Positions 35,594 through 44,941 of a stretch of DNA of 64,000 nucleotides are shown in pieces (positions within the stretch are counted from its first letter, which is position 1; every line of letters begins with the position of its first letter). The notes under the pieces were generated by a model. That model saw only the letters and a list, made by a program, of their open reading frames with translations, was not told the DNA's origin and ran no database searches. The translations under genes were made by a program, and so were the position numbers. This stretch comes from Clytia hemisphaerica (lineage: Eukaryota): assembly GCF_902728285.1 (NCBI RefSeq), contig NW_027103286.1:3292497-3356496 (forward strand). Direction: 5' to 3'.

Positions 35594-35891
35594 CTAAAAT
35601 ACAAAATACGAAGTTCTCCTTTACCATGAAAATTGAAGAGTTCCTTTTTCACTAGAGCCACTATTTTTACTTTTTACAGCCATTTTAAAAAGCGTAGTGA
35701 AAAATGACAAAAACAGCCTTTCCTGTGGAAACTAACCAATTGGAAAATACACATACATTAACAAAACTTATCATCTCGAAAGAAGGGGATTTTGGAACAA
35801 TTGGTATCATTGGTGATTTTCATCACATAATGCGTCTTTTGAAAATCTTATTCTTCGTCAAACAAAGAAAAAAGACATCTGCTTTACAGAC

Positions 35892-35993
35892 CTTCACCAA
35901 AGTTGTCAACAAATTCATCGACAGCAGAGAGGATGAGGGCTTGATCATCTTGTAATAAGAAAATGTTTTGGATCCCTCCACTCAATGTCTCTC
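35892..35993 (-). CDS. MVP: MVP exon 8 (GETLSGGIQNIFLLQDDQALILSAVDEFVDNFGE)
   Basis: Acceptor ttacag, donor G|GTCTGT (weak); phase checked. Confidence 0.7.
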
Positions 35994-36166
35994 CTGTAAA
36001 AAGGAAAAAAGTAAAGAAGTTATAGTGAATAGCTGCAAATAATAACTTATACGATAAGAGACATAGGTTTGAAGGAAATTCATATTCAGCAAACATTATG
36101 GTGCGAATCTGTAGACAAATATTGCACAGTAAAATTTCCAGTTCTTCTAGAGGGTTGAACACATAC

Positions 36167-36308
36167 CAGGTTTTAAGAAGAAAGAGAGGGGTCCTTTTCG
36201 GAGTTCTTTCTTGCCACGTTGTTGTTTTCCTTCGCTGTCATAGGGATCAAGAACAATACAGAATTGATCTTTCGATAAAACTGTTATGGCAACTCTTCTC
36301 ACCAATTT
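36167..36308 (-). CDS. MVP: MVP exon 7 ([47 protein letters not shown])
   Basis: Acceptor tctttag, donor G|GTATGT; matches PITTLGPHNYCVILDP...KSFFLQPG. Confidence 0.75.
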
Positions 36309-36482
36309 CTAAAGATATGAGTGCATTTGTGTAAGAATTATAATTCAGTGCTAAAATGTCCTATGGCTTGTTATCTGTGGTTGCATCTGTATGTTTCCGA
36401 ACATATAAATTTCACATTCAAAGACTCTCCTGATTGAAGAAGATCAATATTTAAAAGCTATAAAGAAGATGAAGGGAAATAC

Positions 36483-36549
36483 CTCTCCACATTCTGGTAT
36501 ATAAGTACAACTATCACTGGACGTGACCAACCATTCTTCACCGGCAAGT
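36483..36549 (-). CDS. MVP: MVP exon 6 (RLAGEEWLVTSSDSCTYIPECGE)
   Basis: Acceptor gatttcag, donor GAG|GTATTT. Confidence 0.75.
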
Positions 36550-37008
36550 CTGAAATCAAAAGTGAGGTGGTGGTTTAGTGAAAAGTAAAAACACATCCAA
36601 AGGCTTTTAACGAAGTCAACCGGGTGGTATCCCCCAGTAATCCCTCCTTTTTTGAAGCGTTTTTGCACTATTTGAAAAGTGAATTTTAACTCCAAAACCA
36701 CTAAACAAAATTTAAAAAGTTAGCCTTCAAAATTTAAGATAGAATATCCTCATCTAATATAAGTATTTTCAGGGTCGTTCAACAATCTATTCTTTCTCAA
36801 GAAGGTAACCAACGTCCGAAGTTTTTTTTGGACCGGCCGGTATTTGTTTGAATTACAGAGAGATTCGAGTTATGGAAAGTATTTAATACTGTTTTATCCT
36901 TATAAAGGGGATTAAGAAAAAGATTGAACTATAGAAAGGTTCCAATGCTCGAATTAGAGAGAGTCAACAGTAGTTTGCTTTCACATTAAAACTTAAAATT
37001 GAGCTCAC

Positions 37009-37159
37009 CTTTTCTTGCCCAGACCATCAGTCAAGTTTCTTTCCGCAGTCATATATAAACCATTATTCTGTGTCAAAACATAGCTTTGAACAACAGACAT
37101 AATTTCCTCGTATACTCCAGGAAGGTAAGCTCCAAGTTTTCGAACCATCCATTCTTCTC
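37009..37159 (-). CDS. MVP: MVP exon 5 (GEEWMVRKLGAYLPGVYEEIMSVVQSYVLTQNNGLYMTAERNLTDGLGKK)
   Basis: Acceptor tattacag, donor AG|GTGAGC; 151 nt; phase checked. Confidence 0.8.
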
Positions 37160-37389
37160 CTGTAATACAAACCAAAAAAGATCTTTAAAAGTCGAAAAGA
37201 TCAAAGTTGGACCTTGTTTACCAATTGACCATGCCGCTTATGTTTGATTTTGTTCAATCTATATCCTCATATTGCTACTAACATCACGTTGGTTATGCCT
37301 GGTTATGCTATTGCAAATTGTTCATATCCCTTCAAATCCAAAATGAAATGAGTTCATTAAATTCTAGCAAATCATTTGAACATGCTTAC

Positions 37390-37650
37390 CTGTTACTCTG
37401 TGGTTTCCATTTTTATCAACCAAATCAATTTTAGCTTTCAAGTGTAAAGCTGAATTCTTAAGGATAATGGTAGGGCTAACTTCTCCAATTCGTTTGCATT
37501 CGGGTTTTGGGTAAAATGTGCAAGGGCCTTCGATTTGCCACCTGTCACCGGCAACACGAATCGTTCCATTGTCATCAAAGTCTGCAAGGGCTTCTAACTT
37601 CAACGCTTTTCCAGCTGGGATCACTGGAAGTTTGTTGATGCCTTTCTCAA
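37390..37650 (-). CDS. MVP: MVP exon 4 (VEKGINKLPVIPAGKALKLEALADFDDNGTIRVAGDRWQIEGPCTFYPKPE...NGNHRVTG)
   Basis: Acceptor cttttttttag, donor ACAG|GTAAGC; overlaps ORF 37364..37624; 8.8 kb intron upstream. Confidence 0.8.
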
Positions 37651-38014
37651 CTAAAAAAAAGAAAATTAAATATCAAATTATTTAGCCTGTACCAAACTCT
37701 TCTTCACAGGAAAAAAAACCACGTGGTACACCGACAAGATTATTTATTAAAAGAGCAAAAAATCGACCAGTAGGGATAGGACTGGCTATAGCAAACTAGG
37801 AGTTTTGACTATCTTCATATTATTGTTAGAGGGACCGATCGGACAATATATCTAACTATCAATATAAGTTTGTATGGTAATTGTTTCTGTTATCAAACTT
37901 TCCTGGGGTAAAGAGGGATGAAAAATATGTATTTTAAGCTAATGTTTTGATTTTTTTTAAATTTTTTGTATAAAACTAATTACAAAATTATCAAGTTTAG
38001 CTTAAGATAATACA

Positions 38015-38135
38015 TTGGAGTCTCCATAACTCTCCATTGCAAATTTGTTCAAGTTTATGAGACATAGTTAAATGAAGGGACCATGAAACTTGTTTGAGTT
38101 AAGGAGACGTATTCGAGTTATGAATTTATCAAAAT
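38015..38135. repeat. TAACTCGAA/TCGAGTTA SINE-like family copy
   Basis: ggagtctccataactc...tttgagttaaggagacgtattcgagttatg. Confidence 0.4.
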
Positions 38136-38279
38136 TACAAAAGTTATCTTCATTAATACAGTGAAAACCCAGCCACACTACCTTGGCAATTAATTCGAAA
38201 ATTAGGGAAGGAACATTTTTCTCGACATGTTTCGGACTCGAGGTAAATTTGTAAAATTAATGAATAAAATTAATATGCA

Positions 38280-38520
38280 TTACACACTTTTTTCTTTTAT
38301 AAGAACAATTCTGTAAGAACAACGATGCTCAAAATCCCAAAAAAATTTAAATTAAGAACAAATCTGAGCCTGGAATTACTCATTTCAAGCAATTTAGGGG
38401 TCAAAGTATTCTAAATTGCTTTAATTTCACCCTATAGATAAGAACAGGATAAAAACAATTTGAGGCTCAAAGTGGTAAAAAATAAGAACAGCCAAGCCTC
38501 GTCAAAAATTCACTAGTTCT
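38280..38520 (-). repeat. Family A copy, inverted orientation
   Basis: tttataagaacaa...taagaaca is the reverse complement of the family A terminus. Confidence 0.45.
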
Positions 38521-38778
38521 AATAAAAAAAAGGTGTACTAAAAGCAGCTAAAAGAGCCATTGATCATTCATTGCCTAATAACGTATGAAACTTTTTGAGG
38601 AGTAAATATATTTCTAAATATTGGACGGCAAAGTTTGGAATCTGAACGTTTCAATACGAATCAACACGAGCCTCATCCAAAATTTACTAGTTTGCATCTA
38701 AGCTAAGCAGTCTTATTTGCAATTTGAAGATTTTAAACCTCCCATCTTGTTATTGCGAAGTTTTTATTTTTTTAACTA

Positions 38779-38914
38779 CCTTATCGGCCCTTTTTACGCC
38801 GGCCCTTATTAGCGTTATTTTTGGGCTCATGGCGTAATAAGGGCCGTTGTTAAAAAGGCCGGCGTAGAAAGAACCGGCGTTAAATTAAGGTCGGCGTAAA
38901 AAGGGCCGATAAGG
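38779..38914. mobile_element. Small MITE (~136 bp): TIR ccttatcggccctttttacgccg, TA flanks
   Basis: TIRs at 38779-38801 and 38892-38914; TA at 38777-78 and 38915-16. Confidence 0.65.
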
Positions 38915-39218
38915 TAATCTTATTAAATTGACCTTTCACGACCTCCACTTTACGTTATTATTAGACTCGAGGCTTGAAAAATGAATTGAAACGAAAAACT
39001 AAAAAGCTCAAAAATAAGATAAGAATGACAGTCAAAACTAAACTAAACGGATCCGTTGGTTTTCCAACGGTTCCGGTGACTGGTCAGAAGACAACATGAG
39101 AGCGACTGTATTCACTTCATTGTAATACATAAGGGCAATATTCATAAACTATATAATGCCAATATATAAAAATGATTGCATAAAAATATACCATAAATCT
39201 ATTTTTTTGGGCAAATCT

Positions 39219-42200
39219 TCATTTATGATATTCGAGCTTAGCTTTACTGTTTAAGTAATTGATAAAAAATTGAATTTTTCTCTCGTCACTGCCAGAGTTC
39301 ATCCCGACTGTTTTTTCGGCTTCGGCGAATGGCCAATCCACCTCGACTTGTAAAGAATTCACGGTTCTGATGAAGCCGACGCAATCTTTATTGTTTAGTT
39401 CAATGACCAAACCTTGGGAGCCTATCATGACGTCAGGGATTTTCAACTTGAGCGAGAAAAACTTCATGAAAAACTTGATTTGCTGTTCGTAATATAAGGG
39501 AATTGTAGAATCCAATGGTACACTTTGAATCTCAACTACAGTAAATGGTAATGGACAGAGAGGTTTGGTTTTTGATTGATGAAAGAACTTTAAAAACCAT
39601 TTACATTCCGGTACGTCCATATCGATAATCAGTGACTCGAGTCCGACCATTTTATCCGGGATTTTGAGGACTGATGTCACTTTTCCAGAGGAATCAGTTT
39701 TAACAATATTAGTACTGGTAAAAGATGCCTCCATGTCACGTATGTCTTGAGAAGTCAAATGACTACAAATCTCAAACTTTTGGAACGGGTCTTCATCTAA
39801 CTTCAATGATGTGGCGGTGACAAGTTTAAGGAACCCCATGCATTCTTTATGGTGTTTGTTAATGAGCAACGTGTCACCACCCTTCATACAATCCGGTACT
39901 TTTAAAGTCGTGATATTGTTCTTTTCAAGCAAGTAAACAACTTCCTCAATATAATCAAGCTGTATATCAGACTTTACCTCAGCTGTTTTATCAAACGAAC
40001 TATCAACAATAACAAAATTTCGATCAACACCAATCAGAGCGATTAGGTTTTTGAACTCTGGGGTGTCCATATCAATAATCAAAGTATTTTGTCCAATCAA
40101 ACAATTTGGTCTTTTGAGTTTGAGGTTCATATCATTTATGAAGCTTGCTACTTTAATTGGTTCACCTTCCATAAGCAGTCGCTGGATACTTGCTGTAGAA
40201 TATGGACATTCAACTTGATAATTTGAATAATAAATGAAGTTAATTAACTCTCTGCAAGCATCTATAGCTGTGTTGATGATTATAGAGTCAGTATCTACCA
40301 TAGATCTAGGAAGTTCAAGTTTGAGATTCGAAGATTCAATAATGTATTTGATCTGTTCTATATTCTTTTGATTTATTTGACTGTGGATTTCGATCGATGT
40401 CATTGGATAAACTGGTTTCAATTGCAGATCATAAGCAACGTTTATATGATGTCTACACTCTGGAAAATTCGTATTGATAATAATCGAGTCAGTACTAACC
40501 ATACAGCTAGGAATGTCGAGTTTTAAATTCGAGGCTTTGATAATATATTGTATTTTTCTCATATCTGTACGATTGATTTGACTGTGAATTTCGATCGAAG
40601 TTGCAGGATAAACTGGTTGTAATTGCAGATCATAAGCAATGTTTATATGATATCTACATTCGGGGGAATTCGTGTTGATAATTAAAACATCAGAGCCGAT
40701 CATACAATCGGGGACTTTTAATTTCAAATTCAAACGTTTGATAATAGACGGTAATTTATCTTTGATGAATTGTTCATCCTCAGGCTTTAAAAATGCTTCG
40801 CCTGCAGAAAATGGATATTTGACGTAAGAATATGGACAATCCACCGACGCCCTAGTTCTATGGACAATTTTCATAAATTGGATACATTCAGTGTTCCTAG
40901 TGTTAACGACTAAAGCATTAGTGCTTTTCATCACGCGTGGAAGTCTTAATACGAGATTCAGATGTTGAACAAGAAAACTCACGAGGTCGAAGTCAAAATT
41001 AACCTCAAAGGTGATGTCAGCTTTGGCAAAGAGATGATCTTTTGATGTTAACTTCGAATCTCTCAAAAACTTAACCCACTGTTTACATTCTGGTATTGCA
41101 GTATTAATGATGAGACTATCCACGCCCTGCATACATCTAGGTATTTTAAGCTTGAGATTCAAATGTTCGACAAGGAAAACGACATTCCTCAAATCAATTC
41201 CACGAAGATCACATTTGATCTCCACTGTAGAAAATGGGCATTCTACGCGCATGCGTCCTTCATAGAGCGTCGTCATGAATTCTTGGCATTCTGGGATTTC
41301 AGAATTAACGATCAGGCTGTCCGGTCCAAACATACAATCTGGTATTTCAACAACACTATTCTTTACCAGGTACCTTTCAAATCTCCAGGATCTGAAGGGC
41401 TGTACAAATCTTCCATACATGGATGACCTACTCCGATGTAAATCAGATAGCCGTCTGAAGAATTTAATGAAAACGTCGTTCTCGTTCAAAAGTCGACCGA
41501 TACCGAACATAACAGGTGCACAACTTGAAAGCTCGCGGTTTCTTAAATATGGAGAGATTCCTTTAGTAACGTACAAATGAAGTCCTGTCAGGAATTCCTG
41601 AAGAACTAAGTGCTTGTACTGGTAAATCGGTTCTCGCATTTCACCACGATTGTATTTGACGATAAGACCCGTTTGCTCAAGATGTACGGGACATTTCAAT
41701 TGACGAACCTCCTCTTCAGAAAACAATACCTGGTTTTTCATATAAGTTTTTACCGATAAAGTCATCAATGAATAAATACAATCGATCACATTAGCATCGT
41801 CAAGCATTTCAAGCAAGTTGTCATAGCCTTTATTACATAAACCTTGTAAATGTTTCCTCAAAAAGACAAGGCATGCATACATGTTAAGTTCAGTGTAAGT
41901 ATTTAACGGTTTCGTTATGAGATCCTCGCTGTACACGTTACAGATGACCCAAGCAAACACGGGAACGGTAGACATGACTTTCAAATTATGCGATGACCTA
42001 ATGATCTCCTTCACTCGAATGGCTTTTTCAGTGTTCTCGTTAAAGAATTTATCGATGTATTGTTCGACTTCCTCCTCTTTGAAACCGCAAACCTCAACTG
42101 TTTTTATTTTGATCACCTTTCTGCTGGAAATTTTTAACTCCAGAATCTCTTTCTTTACAAAGTCACACGCTTTTGGTCTCCCAGATGCAATACATTTGTG

Positions 42201-42869
42201 GCCTTTCAAAATAGAACCTTGTGTGTTGATAAGATCGAAGACGATTTGAAAAGGAGTCAGACTTTTGACTTTCATCTTGGATTTATTCTTGGAGCGATCG
42301 TAAACACCTTGTAATTCGTCGAGCCCGTCAATGATTACCAGAATTTTATCCGCAACTGGTTCGAGATCTCTCAATGTGATCTTTTCGAAAATGTCAGGGT
42401 ATTTGATTTTAAATAGATCATCAATTGATTCCAGCTTGTCGTAGATTTGATTGATTTCACGGCATGAAAAGAAGAAGACAAACTCCATCGGGAAATCTAA
42501 TCCAAGTTGACGTTTGGCCCATTTCTGGGTATACATTTCAAGCATGGTTGTTTTTCCCATGCCACCCACAGCACGAACAAAAACTGCTTCATCCTCCTTC
42601 TGGAACAAGTCATGGAGTTCTATACTTTCTTTCTGTAAAAGCCTTTGTTCCATCAGCGCCTTACGGTCCGAATTATTGATCTCTTTTTCAACCTCGGTTG
42701 CTTTGAGGACCGCTAGTTCAGTGTATAAGTTTTCATCGTATTGGTAATTGACTTGATTCTTGTCTCCCATCAAAGGCTCGTGAACGAGTGACGTAATCAC
42801 TTCCTTAGCGTATTGACATCGTAATTTTAACGATGCTGATTGGATATCTAAAAAAAAGAATTTTGACAT
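39219..42869 (-). CDS. Intronless NACHT-family NTPase (NLR-like), 1216 aa: short N-terminal region, Walker A VGGMGKTT, Walker B ILVIIDGLDEL, then about 11 copies of a ~90-aa repeat with core NLKL.IPDCM.G.D.LIINT..PEC..F; nested in MVP intron 3, same strand
   Basis: Single 3651-nt ORF, the longest in the window; P-loop and DGLDE motifs read directly; the repeat period is visible in protein and DNA (40260-40700 holds two near-identical units). Confidence 0.85.
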   Translation of the reverse strand: MSKFFFLDIQSASLKLRCQYAKEVITSLVHEPLMGDKNQVNYQYDENLYTELAVLKATEVEKEINNSDRKALMEQRLLQKESIELHDLFQKEDEAVFVRAVGGMGKTTMLEMYTQKWAKRQLGLDFPMEFVFFFSCREINQIYDKLESIDDLFKIKYPDIFEKITLRDLEPVADKILVIIDGLDELQGVYDRSKNKSKMKVKSLTPFQIVFDLINTQGSILKGHKCIASGRPKACDFVKKEILELKISSRKVIKIKTVEVCGFKEEEVEQYIDKFFNENTEKAIRVKEIIRSSHNLKVMSTVPVFAWVICNVYSEDLITKPLNTYTELNMYACLVFLRKHLQGLCNKGYDNLLEMLDDANVIDCIYSLMTLSVKTYMKNQVLFSEEEVRQLKCPVHLEQTGLIVKYNRGEMREPIYQYKHLVLQEFLTGLHLYVTKGISPYLRNRELSSCAPVMFGIGRLLNENDVFIKFFRRLSDLHRSRSSMYGRFVQPFRSWRFERYLVKNSVVEIPDCMFGPDSLIVNSEIPECQEFMTTLYEGRMRVECPFSTVEIKCDLRGIDLRNVVFLVEHLNLKLKIPRCMQGVDSLIINTAIPECKQWVKFLRDSKLTSKDHLFAKADITFEVNFDFDLVSFLVQHLNLVLRLPRVMKSTNALVVNTRNTECIQFMKIVHRTRASVDCPYSYVKYPFSAGEAFLKPEDEQFIKDKLPSIIKRLNLKLKVPDCMIGSDVLIINTNSPECRYHINIAYDLQLQPVYPATSIEIHSQINRTDMRKIQYIIKASNLKLDIPSCMVSTDSIIINTNFPECRHHINVAYDLQLKPVYPMTSIEIHSQINQKNIEQIKYIIESSNLKLELPRSMVDTDSIIINTAIDACRELINFIYYSNYQVECPYSTASIQRLLMEGEPIKVASFINDMNLKLKRPNCLIGQNTLIIDMDTPEFKNLIALIGVDRNFVIVDSSFDKTAEVKSDIQLDYIEEVVYLLEKNNITTLKVPDCMKGGDTLLINKHHKECMGFLKLVTATSLKLDEDPFQKFEICSHLTSQDIRDMEASFTSTNIVKTDSSGKVTSVLKIPDKMVGLESLIIDMDVPECKWFLKFFHQSKTKPLCPLPFTVVEIQSVPLDSTIPLYYEQQIKFFMKFFSLKLKIPDVMIGSQGLVIELNNKDCVGFIRTVNSLQVEVDWPFAEAEKTVGMNSGSDERKIQFFINYLNSKAKLEYHK

Positions 42870-42924
42870 GAATGCTACTGAATCTCTGTCGTCTCAGTAT
42901 TTGAAGTTTTTTAGAGAATACAGT

Positions 42925-43090
42925 TGGGTCTCTCTAATTCGATCTTTAAGGGGGAAAGAATTTTCTTCGAATTGGAGAAAGATTCGAGCTACAGAAAATA
43001 TTTTGGATGACTCAACAGCTGAGGAGACCAATGTTTTAGCTCGAATTACAGACATTCGAATGACAGTGGTTCGAATTAGACAGAGTTGAC
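42925..43090. repeat. TCGAATTA/TCGAGCTA SINE-like fragment immediately 5' of the NACHT ORF
   Basis: ctctaattcgatc...gattcgagctacag...ctcgaattacagacattcgaatgacagtggttcgaattagac. Confidence 0.4.
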
Positions 43091-43253
43091 TGTAAGAAGA
43101 TTTACATCGATTAATCTAAAAGTGTGTGATTCAGATGGTTGCTTATAATGTTTAAACAAATTCAAAAGTACACAAATATAAATATTTTTATTACATGAAA
43201 AGTGTCTTCAAAAAGGAATTTTTGAATAGAAATTTCCTTAAAGTACGCTCATG

Positions 43254-43454
43254 CTAACCTTCAGTAACAAGTGTATTCTGCTTGATATTATTGATAATAT
43301 CCACTCCATTTAACCTTTCCAACTCCAATTCTAACCGTGACCATTCGACTGTTTTGAGTTGATCCGTTAGATTTTCATCTTCATTCGACGATAAACCAAG
43401 TCGTAAAAGTAATTGATTTTTCTCTTCCCCAATCTTGTTGGATATAATTTCCAA
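43254..43454 (-). other. 66-aa ORF between the HEPN and NACHT genes (…LLLRLGLSSNEDENLTDQLKTVEWSRLELELERLNGVDIINNIKQ…); could be an upstream coding exon or uORF of the NACHT gene, or noise
   Basis: ORF track; possible donor GAAG|GTTAGC at its 3' end and acceptor ttcagtag just upstream of the NACHT ATG. Confidence 0.2.
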
Positions 43455-43499
43455 AACTTCTGTGGTGCAATATATTCCAGGTTCTTAAAAAACAAAATT

Positions 43500-43920
43500 A
43501 AATTCTCTTAAAAAAGACTCCATGACATAGTACGGTGGAGTCTCCATGACTCGAACACGCACGGGGAACACAAATTTGTTCGAGTTAAGGAAATTTCGAG
43601 TTATATAAGGAGTAAGGTATATGAGGAATTGTTAACTGAAAGGACGAAAAAACTTGTTCGAGTTAATGAGACATTCGAGTTATAGAGGTTCGAGTTAAAG
43701 AGACACTGCTGTATTACTCGTTCGAGAAAGCCGGAATAGAAAGCCGGAGAAGAAAGTGTAAGAAGAGAGAGTAAGTGGGTGTTGATTTAGGGTGACTAAA
43801 AATCTATACAGTGCTCCGGTCAACACGCACGCGGAACACAAATTCATTCGAGGTAAAAGAAGACATTTTAGTCTTAGATTTTCGAGTTAAAGAGACTCCA
43901 CTGAATTATGGTGTTAATCT
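43500..43920. repeat. Two inverted copies of the TCGAGTTA SINE-like family (43500-43720 and 43780-43900), between the HEPN and NACHT genes
   Basis: tctccatgactcgaacacgcacggggaacacaaatttgttcgagttaagga... and cggaacacaaattcattcgaggtaaaag...ttttcgagttaaagagactcc. Confidence 0.5.
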
Positions 43921-43948
43921 GGACAAAAAACTATGAAAATCTTATTAA

Positions 43949-44941
43949 TTAAAATATATGGTGAAAAATACCTTTAAGTGTGGGTAAATTGTCTTTAATA
44001 AATTCATGTTCTTCTTTCAGACGCTCGACAAGGTGATAAAGATTTAAGATGCATTCTTTATTTTCTTGGTGAAAATCTTTGTGGTTCGCCAAGATGGTTG
44101 CATAATCATCCAATCTATCGCTGTGATCTTCAAGCACAATGTCGTGATCTACAAGGGTAGTATCGTGATCTGCAAGGGTAGTGTTGTGATCGCCAAGGGT
44201 AGTGCCATGTTCGTTCAAAGTAGTGTCATGTAAATTTAGGTTTTTATCTAGATTCGAAATTTCTTGGTTCTGAGTCACCATGTCTTTCTTTAATTGAATA
44301 TTATCCGCTCCAACGTGGGAAAGTTCGTTCAATATCTTTTTCGAGAAAAAGGATAAAGATTGAACTACGAGATTATTTGTGACATCAAGTGGTCTGTTTT
44401 TCAATGCGTTGAAATTATAAGTTGTGAGTCCTAAACCTATGACGATATTTTCCCCTTCACTCCATCTCAAGTTGAATTCAACCGAATCAATACTTTTGCC
44501 GTCAGCATGTAAAAGACGATTTCTCCAATCGCGTGCAAGAAGGACAAACGCTGCAGGACTGACGTCGGTTGGATCTAAAGCCTTTTTCCAACCCTTTTTA
44601 GGAGGTGGTAATGTAGTAAAATTGATAATCAAAACAATGATTAGAGTTATGTCAAACGTTTGACTGTCTGTTTGATTTGAGTTTGGGGGAAGTAAAGTAT
44701 CTACTTGGCTTTTCTTTAAAACGCCTTTCTTTGCTAACTGGTTTATTGTACTTTGTTGCTTTCGAAGTTCAATGTTAAGGGCTGTTGAGTTTCTCGGTAA
44801 GCCAACATAATTGGGATCGTTGTAATCATTATGTAAGAGAGCAAGTAGTGCGCCTTTTAGAGGCTCGTGAAGCAGAGTAGCTAATCTAAGCCAATTCTCT
44901 ATCTCTTGAATGGCCTGAGCTACAGTAACGTAGGATGACAT
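43949..44941 (-). CDS. Intronless DZIP3-type HEPN domain protein (330 aa): N-terminal HEPN (FDITLIIVLIINFTTLPPPKKGWKKALDPTDVSPAAFVLLARDWRNRLLHA, Rx4H) and C-terminal 8-aa repeats (DHDTTLVDH...), coiled-coil-like
   Basis: Single ORF; the HEPN_DZIP3 signature (FD..L..L.RN......PP..GW...P...D.S..A.I.R.K..RN...H) read directly. Confidence 0.7.
   Translation of the reverse strand: MSSYVTVAQAIQEIENWLRLATLLHEPLKGALLALLHNDYNDPNYVGLPRNSTALNIELRKQQSTINQLAKKGVLKKSQVDTLLPPNSNQTDSQTFDITLIIVLIINFTTLPPPKKGWKKALDPTDVSPAAFVLLARDWRNRLLHADGKSIDSVEFNLRWSEGENIVIGLGLTTYNFNALKNRPLDVTNNLVVQSLSFFSKKILNELSHVGADNIQLKKDMVTQNQEISNLDKNLNLHDTTLNEHGTTLGDHNTTLADHDTTLVDHDIVLEDHSDRLDDYATILANHKDFHQENKECILNLYHLVERLKEEHEFIKDNLPTLKGIFHHIF

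Noticed and set aside
39219-42869. Plus-strand ORFs inside the NACHT gene (41163.., 41275.., 41917.., 42464.., 42514..) and ORF 42868..43089
   Set aside because: They are short antisense or off-frame ORFs fully overlapped by a 3.65-kb ORF on the opposite strand with clear domain content.
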